Shown: positions 19,599-28,387 of the stretch, one piece after another
Numbering within the stretch: position 1 is the first letter of the stretch
How the letters are laid out: each line of letters opens with the position of its first letter
Source: a virus
Taxonomy: Duplodnaviria > Caudoviricetes
DNA length: 64,000 nt
Strand: one strand, 5' to 3'
Virus record (IMG/VR): IMGVR_UViG_3300010344_000600
Coordinates: 18,039-82,038 of that record
Notes under the pieces: model-generated
Databases searched by the model: none
What the model saw: the letters and a program-made list of their open reading frames with translations, nothing else
What the model was told of the DNA's origin: nothing
Made by a program: the position numbers and the translations under genes

Positions 19599-20966
19599 TC
19601 AAACCTCCGGGAAAGCGGTGAATCTGGCATGACAGATTTTGCAGATATGAAAGACCATATCCGGTCCGGAAACATCTTCACCTGCATACGGGACAACATG
19701 GTCAACAGTGAAAATCTCAGAGTCTGGATAAAGCCCGGTGCAGTTGGAGCACCGAGTCAGCGCAGCCTCAGAAGCGGCCCGGCGCGCTCTCAGCGTTCGC
19801 TTGTTGGTCGGGCTATTGGCGAACAGCAAGCGAGAACGAATCACTTCAAAGCTGTACCCACGGCCAGCGCGGTTAATCATCTTGGCTATCCCGTTCATGC
19901 TTTCCGTGTAGGCGTTGGTTGTCGGGAAGTCGAAATAGTTGAGGATTTCCGTTCTCCAGTTCTGCATGGCTCGCGTCAGTTCGTGGAACTCCTTGGTCAT
20001 CGACGCCGGGATAGTGGCTGCAAAGGCGTCAAATGCGGCGATAGCCTTGGCTTTCGGAAGGTCGTAGATTCCGAACAGAGCCTCTTTGATGTTGTACGCA
20101 GCATCAATCTCCGGCTCGTTGTTCCGCCATCCGCTCAAGTTGAAGCGCTGTTTATCGCTCAGGTTGTGCTCTCTGGTCAGCAACTGGTGCTTGCTCTGCT
20201 TCCACGAGAGGCGCATCTTCTTATCTTTCCCCTTCTGGACGCGGATACGAACCTTGTCGATTGCCGAGTTAGCCATCTTGACGACATGGAACTTATCAAT
20301 CACCACAGCGGCATTCGGAAGCATTTCTCTCGAAACGTCGCGGTAAGCCTGCCACATGTCGATAGTCACAACGCGCACTTTGGACCGGTCTCGGAACTGG
20401 CTAAACCACCGGGAAACCATAGGCTTGTTCCTGCCAGACAGCATGTCAACAACACGCCGATTCTCAACGTCAGTGATGATTGCCCGGAATATCTTGTTCA
20501 AATGGTTCTCGTCCAGACCAAGCCACTCTGGAAGGTATGGGCGGTATTCGCCATCGGTAACGGCAATGTAGTCGGCAGCGATGTTCCGAATGGTCTTTTC
20601 ATCGCAGCCGAGATGCTCGGAGAGGTGCTGGAAGGTGTCACGAAGGCATTGCTGCTCGATGTAGCGAAGACATCGCTCAGTCATGCGCCTGACTGCATCA
20701 ACGCCACTCAACGGCTGCGGGAACGTCCCGCCGCACGCCCTGCACTTGTAGCGCTGGACCTTAGCAACGATTCGCGTAGGAGTTCCACGAATAGGGCTAT
20801 CGAGGATAGTCACAGACCTTGGCCCATGCTTGTAAAGTTCTCCAACGACGCCACAGAGAAGGCAGAACTCAGGCTGCTTGGCGTATTCGGCACTGATGAT
20901 TGTCTGGTCTTGCTGCTCTTCTATGCCGAGAACGGCCCAGTCTTTGAGTTGAAGGATGTCAGTCAT
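19599..20966 (-). CDS. ISL3 family DDE transposase with a C-terminal Cys/His extension
   Basis: N-terminal zinc finger (CLLCG, CRACG), LGLDENHL, VVTIDMWQAY, VIDKFHVVK, TNAYTESMNG..K.I.R.GRGY. Confidence 0.95.
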   Translation of the reverse strand: MTDILQLKDWAVLGIEEQQDQTIISAEYAKQPEFCLLCGVVGELYKHGPRSVTILDSPIRGTPTRIVAKVQRYKCRACGGTFPQPLSGVDAVRRMTERCLRYIEQQCLRDTFQHLSEHLGCDEKTIRNIAADYIAVTDGEYRPYLPEWLGLDENHLNKIFRAIITDVENRRVVDMLSGRNKPMVSRWFSQFRDRSKVRVVTIDMWQAYRDVSREMLPNAAVVIDKFHVVKMANSAIDKVRIRVQKGKDKKMRLSWKQSKHQLLTREHNLSDKQRFNLSGWRNNEPEIDAAYNIKEALFGIYDLPKAKAIAAFDAFAATIPASMTKEFHELTRAMQNWRTEILNYFDFPTTNAYTESMNGIAKMINRAGRGYSFEVIRSRLLFANSPTNKRTLRARRAASEAALTRCSNCTGLYPDSEIFTVDHVVPYAGEDVSGPDMVFHICKICHARFTAFPEV

Positions 20967-21722
20967 TTAGGCGGCCATATCAATTTTTGCCAAATGGCAG
21001 AAGATACCGCATTGCACCTCGGGTTCCGATTGATAATCGCCAGTCCCCGGCTGAAGCTCGTCAAGGAATGCGCGCTTCTCGTCAATTCGAATAATGCGGA
21101 CGCCAAGCCGCCGCGACTCGGTAGCCATGCGCTGAAACTGAGCAGGGAAGTCCTGCCGAATCTTGTTCCAGTAGCCCATTCCTTGGGCTTTGCAGCATCC
21201 AATGCAGTTGTTATGGTGGTATCCAAGACCGTACATGACCGGCAGCGCGATTCCTGCATCCTTGACGATGGACAGGCAATCCTTGTGCTCCAAGCCACGT
21301 TCCATCAGCGGAGATTCGCAGGCGATGTTGTTGGCGGCGAGAAAGTCGTCCCATCTATCGGCCTCTTCGGCGCAATATCCAAAGACGTGAAAGTCGGTCG
21401 GAAGCTCGAATCTCTCCCTAACCTGCTTCTTGAGCAGCCGAGTGCAGGGAGCGCCACGCACGCCGGAAATGTACGACTCCTTTCGAAAGACTTCGTAGAT
21501 AGAGCCGTCGTACTTATCGTTGATGAGGTTGGCAATCGGCACGCCAAACCACTTCTCGCAGTCGGCTGCGAAGCGGTCGTTATCCGGATGCTCTTCACGA
21601 ACAATACAGCGAGCTACAACCAACGGAAGACGGCCAGCATTAGCCACAATCGCCAGTTTCGTTGCAACCGCACTAGCCGCCCCACAGCTAAACCAGCAAA
21701 TTATTCTGGAAGGTTCAATCAT
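20967..21722 (-). CDS. PAPS-reductase-like (PP-loop) phage-type protein, IS passenger
   Basis: WFSCGAASAVA PP-loop, HPDNDRF, CTRLLKK, GYHHNNCIGCCK, CGIFC; lies wholly inside the IRs. Confidence 0.85.
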   Translation of the reverse strand: MIEPSRIICWFSCGAASAVATKLAIVANAGRLPLVVARCIVREEHPDNDRFAADCEKWFGVPIANLINDKYDGSIYEVFRKESYISGVRGAPCTRLLKKQVRERFELPTDFHVFGYCAEEADRWDDFLAANNIACESPLMERGLEHKDCLSIVKDAGIALPVMYGLGYHHNNCIGCCKAQGMGYWNKIRQDFPAQFQRMATESRRLGVRIIRIDEKRAFLDELQPGTGDYQSEPEVQCGIFCHLAKIDMAA

Positions 21723-21795
21723 GATATTCCACCAGTTATTCCGGATTTACAGAGTATCATATCTACAGTCTTTCCACCACTTATTCCGGATAGCC

Positions 21796-22189
21796 GAAAT
21801 CCGAAGCCGTCGACATCTTCTGCCAACCAGTCAAAGAACGAGCGCATCCTCGCCGGCCGCTTGGTCAGCACCTGATAGGTATGGCGCGTGGTAATAGACA
21901 TGACCGCGAAGACGTCGGCAATGAATTCAAACGGAACATCCTCATGAAACAGGTCGGACATTGAATTGACGAAAATTCGGCGCGGACGTGCCCAGCGCAG
22001 TGGCTGGTCAAGGCGGTCAGGGTGGCAGGCCACGTCAGTGAACGCGCGCCCAGCGTAGGCCGGAACACGCACCATGCGAACCCAGTTGCGCTCGGCATAA
22101 CAATGCTTGCACCCGGAGCTGACCTTGGTGCACCCGGTCGTCGGATTCCAAGTGGCATGTGTCCAGACAATTCCTGTTTTGGCGCTCAT
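21796..22189 (-). pseudogene. 5' part of the Gp37/Gp68 (DUF5131, radical-SAM-like) gene, interrupted by the IS
   Basis: TWNPTTGCTKVSSGCKHCYA, RRIFVNSMSDLFH, YQVLTKRP; the frame runs into the IS end at 21795. Confidence 0.85.
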
Positions 22190-23034
22190 GACTCTCTCCA
22201 TTCCGCGCCCGGAACCGCCTCTCCAACGACAGTTAGGGCCAATACCTTGGCGTGTTTTCTTTCTTTGCGGGCGCACGACATGGCGCGCTCCTTGGCGGTT
22301 TCCTCTTTTCTGAAGCGGATCAGAACTTTGGCCGGTCGCTGGAGAGCGTAGCCGATGACTTCGCCGTCGCTGGGCCTGGATGCTGCCAACCATTCGGCGT
22401 CGACTCTGCTGATGCGGTCTGCGATCTGCTCCGGGGTGTCGCAATTGAAGACGTTGGCCATCGATAGCCACGCGAGAAGTTTGTGATGTGCGTGTTCGAG
22501 AGATGATTTCAGTTGCTTGAGTTCTTCGCTTTTTTCGGCCAGGGTATCGCGCTGCCGCTTGATTCCCGCAATGGCCTCGGCTACTTTTTGCGGGGTATGC
22601 TCACCGACCGCCTGCATCATGGACGATTCCCATTCGTTGATCGACTTCTTGTTGAGCGCGCCCATAGATAGGAGTTGGTGCAGATTGTCGCCTTCAGGAA
22701 CGGCCGTCTTTAGGCTTGGTGTAATGACGTCGTTTCCTGCCTTGGACTCGTCTTTCGGCTCGGCACGCACATCGCTTTCATGATCCTCCAGGTATTTGCG
22801 CCCCGCCTGCGTGATCTGATAGGCGGGAAAATGCGTTACGTCGTCGCGCATGCGGGTTGCCAGCGCGAGTTTTACGATGTGGATCAGGTTGTCCTGGAGT
22901 TTCTTGCGCGATTCCCCGAGTTGCGTTTGCAGGTCGTCGAGCGTCGTAATTCCATTCTTTGCTAGCGCAGCAAGGATAGCTAGGCGCGGCGACTTGGCGG
23001 CAAGGTTAAGTTTTACACGATCAAAGGCATTCAT
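22186..23034 (-). CDS. Hypothetical protein with N-terminal winged HTH
   Basis: GITTLDDLQTQLGESRKKLQDNL...YQITQAGRKYL. Confidence 0.75.
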   Translation of the reverse strand: MNAFDRVKLNLAAKSPRLAILAALAKNGITTLDDLQTQLGESRKKLQDNLIHIVKLALATRMRDDVTHFPAYQITQAGRKYLEDHESDVRAEPKDESKAGNDVITPSLKTAVPEGDNLHQLLSMGALNKKSINEWESSMMQAVGEHTPQKVAEAIAGIKRQRDTLAEKSEELKQLKSSLEHAHHKLLAWLSMANVFNCDTPEQIADRISRVDAEWLAASRPSDGEVIGYALQRPAKVLIRFRKEETAKERAMSCARKERKHAKVLALTVVGEAVPGAEWRES

Positions 23035-24035
23035 GCTGCTTTTTCCTCTACGTAGATTTTGGTGAGCTCGTCGCGCAGGCTGGGCATTCCGCCTTTCACG
23101 ATGGTTACATTGCCGCCTGCTGCGACGGCGGTGTCGTAATGCATGTGTGAGCAGAAGTCAGCCATGAAAAGGACTCGATCGCCAGAGTGGATCGAGTCGC
23201 GCATCTTGGCGCGCTGGTCGGGGGTGAACAGGTAAAGCTCCAGCACATCCCGAAACTCCCGCTTGATGAGTTCCTGCTTGTTGTTGTGCAGGCCAATAAT
23301 CTTGACCTTGGGTTTTCGGGCGGCGGCTTCGGGCGTCGTGGCCGGCGCGGCGATTCCCTCCTGGGGTGCCTTGTCCCGGTGCACCAGGCGCGTTGACCGC
23401 TTGTCGTGCGGCACAAAGTCTCCAACGGGCGCCGTAAACCCAACGAGGGCGGCTTGCTTTGGTTCCTGTGCGAGAGGCGCCGAAGGTACGGAATAGACGC
23501 GCGGCGGGGCGACAGGCGCGGGGGTGGATTCCGGGGCCGCTGTCTCGACACGGTACAGTGGGCGCTGATAGATGCGCTCCATGATCCGGGTCTGTACCGT
23601 CGCCAACTCGGCCGCGACTTCACGGTCGATGAGCGCGGTCATTTCTTCGTGCAACTGGCCAACCACCTGTTTAGCGATCACATCAAACAAGGCGCTGATC
23701 GCCGCAGAAAGCTCGTTCCTCGCCGTAGGTTGCGCGGCGATGGCGTGCACGACATGGAGCGCGGCGTCTTTCTCCGGGTCGGTCGTGAAGCGGGTGCCGA
23801 CGAGCGTTTCCGGGTTCGGTATATCAATCGCTATGCGGTAGCGCACCAATGGGCCGGTCTCGTTATGAATCAGTGTTGTCTCGATCAGTCCAGGGTGCCG
23901 CTTATTGTTGTTGCTGATCGAACCACGAACGGCCTCAATGGGGCGATCAATACCCTCGGAAATTTCAGATTCCGTGCATCCGGGATGGGCCGCAATAAAG
24001 GCGATGAGTTTCTTGCTAATAGGGGTGCGGGTCAT
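23031..24035 (-). CDS. Hypothetical protein: N-terminal HTH, C-terminal DUF2325-like domain
   Basis: Start moved to ATG 24035 (ATGA overlap). FIAAHPGCTESEIS HTH; KVKIIGL...FCSH...GGMPSLRDEL. Confidence 0.7.
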   Translation of the reverse strand: MTRTPISKKLIAFIAAHPGCTESEISEGIDRPIEAVRGSISNNNKRHPGLIETTLIHNETGPLVRYRIAIDIPNPETLVGTRFTTDPEKDAALHVVHAIAAQPTARNELSAAISALFDVIAKQVVGQLHEEMTALIDREVAAELATVQTRIMERIYQRPLYRVETAAPESTPAPVAPPRVYSVPSAPLAQEPKQAALVGFTAPVGDFVPHDKRSTRLVHRDKAPQEGIAAPATTPEAAARKPKVKIIGLHNNKQELIKREFRDVLELYLFTPDQRAKMRDSIHSGDRVLFMADFCSHMHYDTAVAAGGNVTIVKGGMPSLRDELTKIYVEEKAA

Positions 24036-24694
24036 TGTACGACCTCTGGCGCGGGAAGGTCTGCAACATTCTTGGCCGCTGCTGCAGCGGTCGCCGCCTT
24101 CATTTCGTCGTAAAACCCAATACCCCAGACCAGTGCGTAGCAGCACCAGATGAAACGATAGGTGTACTCTGTGCAATCGACTTCCCAGAAGTCTTGAAAG
24201 CAAAACCCTTCATGCTCGAAATCGACGGCCGCCGAGAACGCCGCATGCTCTCCTTCGTCAATCTTGGAAAGAACCTGTTCTTGCACTGCTTGGCGAACGG
24301 AATCCGTAGCGCCGGACTCGTCCAACCATTCCGCAATCACGGCGCGGAATCTGTCGGCGCTGAATTCCTCGAATCCGTCTGTCTTATCGACCGCCTGCAG
24401 TTTTTCTGCCCAGTAGGAAGGATTTATTACCAGTGTCTCACCTTCGCCCAGCGTCCATTCCGGATCCTGGCGGAAGAAGGTGAACATGTCGTTCAAGCGC
24501 GAGAACACATAGGTTCCCATGTCTCCGGTGTAGCACAGGTGGCCGGGCCAGGTGATCAGGTCAAAGGCGCAAATGCCGGTGTTCGGCTGCGTAAAGCGTA
24601 GATGGCGGTGCATGGGGGTGTCGAGGACGACCATCATCTGGTGTTTTTCGACGGAAGCCAAAAACTCAGCTTCGGGAACCGGTGGGTATTTCAT
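24032..24694 (-). CDS. Conserved phage hypothetical protein
   Basis: FDLITWPGHLCYTGDMGTYVFSRLNDMF..FR, INPSYWAEKL. Confidence 0.85.
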   Translation of the reverse strand: MKYPPVPEAEFLASVEKHQMMVVLDTPMHRHLRFTQPNTGICAFDLITWPGHLCYTGDMGTYVFSRLNDMFTFFRQDPEWTLGEGETLVINPSYWAEKLQAVDKTDGFEEFSADRFRAVIAEWLDESGATDSVRQAVQEQVLSKIDEGEHAAFSAAVDFEHEGFCFQDFWEVDCTEYTYRFIWCCYALVWGIGFYDEMKAATAAAAAKNVADLPAPEVVQ

Positions 24695-24749
24695 AATGGG
24701 CGTTCCTTTGTTTTAGAGGGTTGGCAGGATTGGTGCAGGTGCTCAGTGC

Positions 24750-25076
24750 TCATCGCTTCAACTCCGGGAATTTCTCCAGCAGGGCCGCCTGTACCGCGAC
24801 GATGATTCTGACCAGATAGCTGTCATGGTTCTTGGAGCGCTTGAGCCCTGAAGCGCAGCCCAGGTTTCCAGACAGGTACTCGGCCCCTGATCTCGTAAAA
24901 AACTCAGTGATCGAACATCCCATCGCACCCCAGTAGCCGACCCAGGCCGCGTCGTAGCAGCTGATGGTGATACGCCCTTTGCCGGGGGCATAGTCTTCGA
25001 GATAGACGCGGATCGGATCAAGCCGGGGAAGGTCCGTTATTTCGAGCTTGAGCACGGTGCTTTCGACGATGTTCAT
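24750..25076 (-). CDS. Conserved phage hypothetical protein
   Basis: LDPIRVYLED..PGKGRITISCY..AW..YWGAMG. Confidence 0.8.
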   Translation of the reverse strand: MNIVESTVLKLEITDLPRLDPIRVYLEDYAPGKGRITISCYDAAWVGYWGAMGCSITEFFTRSGAEYLSGNLGCASGLKRSKNHDSYLVRIIVAVQAALLEKFPELKR

Positions 25077-26290
25077 GCCGGCACCAGCACAGTACGATTC
25101 CCGGCCTTGTCCGGAACCGAGACAACGCCTTTCGTTTCCATGGCCTCGATCAAGCGCGCCGCGCGGTTGTAGCCAATCTCCATGTGCCGCTGCACCAGAC
25201 TGATCGAAGCCCGCTGATGAGTGATCACGATGGCCTTGGCTTCGTCGTACAGGTGGTCGTGATGGCCGAAGGTGGCCAGCACTTCCCCGTTATGGCCGGA
25301 GATCGTTGCCGTTACTCCGTCCTCGTTGCACAGGGAAGAAAGGCGGTCAGCCGCAGCATTGACCTCGGATTGATCGCTCATGGCCTGGCTGACGAGATCC
25401 GGCTCCGGAACAACCTCGCCGCCCAGCGCTTCAACTAGGTCATCCAGCAGGCGCGCTACTTCGCCGGTCATCAGCGCGAAGTCGAGATCGAAACGTTCTT
25501 CTTCGTTTTCGGCCTGTCCATCCGATTGTTCCTTGAGAATGTCAAGGAAGGCCAGGCGCTTGATACGCAGATCGTCAGTCAGGACAAAAGAGATACGGTC
25601 GTTCCAGGTCATGGCCAGTTGGGTAGCAACCTTTCCCTCGGCAATCATCTGACGAACGCCTTCACCTTCTAGGGAGTGTTTGACGTAGCGCACCTTGGCG
25701 TGCTCGGCGCTCTCCAGACTCAAGTCCTGGTCGATGGTGAAGCCTTTGGGCGCTTCCCCGGCCGCAACCCACCCGGTCATGGCGGCGGCCGGAGAGCGGT
25801 TCGCTCGCAGCAACTTGAGCGGAATGTTGTTGGTAGCGCGCAGCAGACCGAGGAACTCATCAGCCTTGCTGGATGTGGCCGAGTCGATAATCAGCCAGCC
25901 GTTAACCGGATCAATCCAGCCAAAGGTTGTGCGGCGGCGCGTAAAGCGCGGCAGCAACTCGATCGTGACGCTTTCCCGGATTTCCCGGGTTTCCTTGCGC
26001 CCGACCCGGCGCCCTTCGTTTTCTTCGGTCTCCTTGATCTTGTCAGCCGCAAACTGATTGATGACTTCATTGGGCAATAGCTTCTGGTGCGCGCCAAAGG
26101 CCAGCAAGACCTGTTGATTGACAACGTGCACGAACTGATCATTGCCGCGCGGAGAAACCCATCCGGTGCTCTGCGCATCGATGGCGCCGGGCAGCGTGAG
26201 CGGAAGTTTGGCCAGATCCGCCGACAAGTCTTCCGCCGATAGCGGCCACGGACGGGGAAGCCGGTAGATGCTGAGATTCTTGAACCACAT
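25073..26290 (-). CDS. rdgC: Recombination-associated protein RdgC fused to an FtsK-gamma-like winged helix
   Basis: MWFKNLSIYRL...DFALMTGE..RLLDDLVEALGGE, then LYDEAKAIV...ASISLVQRHMEIGYNRAARLIEAME..GVVS. Confidence 0.92.
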   Translation of the reverse strand: MWFKNLSIYRLPRPWPLSAEDLSADLAKLPLTLPGAIDAQSTGWVSPRGNDQFVHVVNQQVLLAFGAHQKLLPNEVINQFAADKIKETEENEGRRVGRKETREIRESVTIELLPRFTRRRTTFGWIDPVNGWLIIDSATSSKADEFLGLLRATNNIPLKLLRANRSPAAAMTGWVAAGEAPKGFTIDQDLSLESAEHAKVRYVKHSLEGEGVRQMIAEGKVATQLAMTWNDRISFVLTDDLRIKRLAFLDILKEQSDGQAENEEERFDLDFALMTGEVARLLDDLVEALGGEVVPEPDLVSQAMSDQSEVNAAADRLSSLCNEDGVTATISGHNGEVLATFGHHDHLYDEAKAIVITHQRASISLVQRHMEIGYNRAARLIEAMETKGVVSVPDKAGNRTVLVPA

Positions 26291-26428
26291 GATTAGTATC
26301 CTGTTGAATGGTTTGGGTGGGGCGGCCGGCGCTGATCTCCGGCTTCCGATTTGGTGTCAGCTTGGTTTTTGGCCCATTCCGGACGGCCAGCCCGCGTGCA
26401 TCAGCCTGCACATTCGCCCCATTGATCT

Positions 26429-26680
26429 TTAATCGGATTCCCGCAGGTCATCCAGAGTAACCTCGCGCAACTTGGCCAGCTTCGTCAGCGGTTTCTTGCC
26501 GTAGATCAGTTCGAACAGCAGAACTATGGGCTTTGGGATGCGGCGGCCGGACTCGTAGCGGGACCCGCCGCTTTGCGTGACGCCGAGGCGCGACCAGAAC
26601 ACGGACTGATTCTCGTTGCGCTTATGGCGGGTCTTGACGACAAGTTCGGTCATGTTGACGGGTTTTTTCGGTGCGGCCAT
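26429..26680 (-). CDS. Small XRE-like HTH protein
   Basis: NQSVFWSRLGVTQSGGSRYESGRRIPKP. Confidence 0.85.
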   Translation of the reverse strand: MAAPKKPVNMTELVVKTRHKRNENQSVFWSRLGVTQSGGSRYESGRRIPKPIVLLFELIYGKKPLTKLAKLREVTLDDLRESD

Positions 26681-26735
26681 GGTGGTACTCCTGTGATTAA
26701 AAATGGTTGATTGCGTAGGTTTGATGCGCGATAGA

Positions 26736-28358
26736 TCAGTCCCAGCGGTCCAAACAGTAGTCAATGCTGTTTCCCGCCGACCAAACGCGGACCATGGCCG
26801 ACCATTCGCCGCCGCCTTTTTGCAGCATCACGCCGGCTGCATGCGGTTCATTCATTCCGGCGATGCTGGCTCTGCGGGAATAGGCCTCGATTACGGAGCG
26901 GATGCCGTGAAACTCTGCACGCAGTATTTCAGGGAAAAGTGCTGCCCCTGGCTGTCTCGACTCGCGCGCCCCGGACAGGACGAATAGCACGCCGAGTCCT
27001 TGGTGATCGTTTCCACCTTCCCATAAGGAAGGCTTGAGGGTAATGGCGTCCACCGGGTAAAACTTTCCAGACTTCAGCCCAAAGGACTCAGCCGACGATC
27101 CGCCATTCCAGAAGTACCACGACACTGGATTGCGCTTGTCTTCATGGTCCCATTGAAGGATCGGCGGGGCATCAGCATTCACCGCTGTTACGAGCGCGGT
27201 ATAGCTGCCCACGGCCGGAGCGCGGAATGCGATGCGCTCAGCGGCAGGAAGAACGGTTCGCTGAAACTTCTCCCAGGTCATTTTATGGGCCGGTATCGCC
27301 ATGCTTAACCCGGATTCCTTGCTCGTGGGTTTCAGGTGGCCGAACACACCTTCGGCGGCCGGAGCCTCCTTTATTGGCGCAGGCTTCCACAGCGCCTTAA
27401 CCTCATCAAGACGGGCGAAGCGACGATCCAGTGATCCAGCGGCACCTAGTTGCTGAATTATTTTTTCTGCCGCGGCAATGGCTCCTTCCGAGGGGGCCGC
27501 TTGCGGACGCTGGTAGGAAAGCGGGTGCATCTTGTCAGCGAACCGGCGCGATACATCGCTAAAATCCATTCCCGCCGCAATATCTTCCAGCAAGGTTCCG
27601 ATCATTGAACTGCGCGGGTGGCAGAATCCAGCGGGCGCCGAAGCAATGGCGCGCCATACCACGTTCGACTTCGCGGTTTTGTGAGCGACGTCGAGCGCAA
27701 GGTGCAGGTTATACAGCCATTCGGCTTGGCCAAGCACCTTCTCGCTGCGATACAGAGAGTCGGTCTTGAGCAGCGTCAGCGCCAGTTCAAGGTGCGGCTT
27801 CGTGAACTCCGTCAAGGCGCGCATAACGGTATTGAAGCCCTCGCGCTTCTCGGCCATGGCCTGGCCTGCGGTCAGCGTCGAGCGCTTATACAAAATGCAA
27901 GACGGCGGGGTGACGGAAAGGTGGTGCCAAACGCCGGTTTCTGGCGTTCCCCAGACGCGATCGGAGGACAGGAATACGCCCGTTACTTTCGCCGTGCGAA
28001 CTATCCTGGCCATGGCAGCAATAGCCGGACGATAGATTTCTGGTGCATCGTACTCGTGCCACAGGGCTGGTGTAGTGACCCCTGTGCTGTCGATAACAAC
28101 CAGACCACCAAAGCGCTCGATAAACTGTCGACAGGCATGGCATGTATGGTTCTGGCGCTGCGGAACCGCTGCTTCACCAGGGGCCGGCATGGGACCAAAA
28201 GCGTCAAGGTAGGCGTCCCACAATCCGATCGCATCAGTTTCAAACAGATGGGCGGCGCCGTTCAGGATGTTTCCAATGAACCGCTCCTGAAGGTGGGCCA
28301 AGAAACCGTCATAAACGGAGTCGCTACTGTTTCCAACGGCAGATATTTGGGTATTCAT
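26736..28358 (-). CDS. Conserved phage protein of unknown function, 540 aa
   Basis: Start MNTQIS at 28358 with RBS AGAGGA; CHACRQF motif; long GC-biased frame. Confidence 0.8.
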   Translation of the reverse strand: MNTQISAVGNSSDSVYDGFLAHLQERFIGNILNGAAHLFETDAIGLWDAYLDAFGPMPAPGEAAVPQRQNHTCHACRQFIERFGGLVVIDSTGVTTPALWHEYDAPEIYRPAIAAMARIVRTAKVTGVFLSSDRVWGTPETGVWHHLSVTPPSCILYKRSTLTAGQAMAEKREGFNTVMRALTEFTKPHLELALTLLKTDSLYRSEKVLGQAEWLYNLHLALDVAHKTAKSNVVWRAIASAPAGFCHPRSSMIGTLLEDIAAGMDFSDVSRRFADKMHPLSYQRPQAAPSEGAIAAAEKIIQQLGAAGSLDRRFARLDEVKALWKPAPIKEAPAAEGVFGHLKPTSKESGLSMAIPAHKMTWEKFQRTVLPAAERIAFRAPAVGSYTALVTAVNADAPPILQWDHEDKRNPVSWYFWNGGSSAESFGLKSGKFYPVDAITLKPSLWEGGNDHQGLGVLFVLSGARESRQPGAALFPEILRAEFHGIRSVIEAYSRRASIAGMNEPHAAGVMLQKGGGEWSAMVRVWSAGNSIDYCLDRWD

Positions 28359-28387
28359 TGATTCCTCTTGTGGTATTGGTGAAATGG

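Larger units (their letters stand above)
19533..21795 (-). mobile_element. ISL3-family element, 2,263 bp, carrying a passenger gene
   Basis: Terminal IRs GGCTATCCGGATTTGATGGTGGAA (19533-56) and GGCTATCCGGAATAAGTGGTGGAA (reverse complement of 21772-95), 20/24 identical. 8-bp TSD GAAATCCG at 19525-32 and 21796-803. Confidence 0.93.

Noticed and set aside
19629-21875. 748-aa plus-strand ORF spanning the IS
   Set aside because: It is the exact codon-mirror of the two in-frame minus-strand genes. It runs past the IS end, has no recognisable motif and is explained by scarcity of TTA/CTA/TCA codons.
21719-22471. Track ORF as an intact 250-aa Gp37/Gp68 gene
   Set aside because: The 5' extension overlaps another gene (real start 22189) and the last ~25 codons are readthrough into the IS end.
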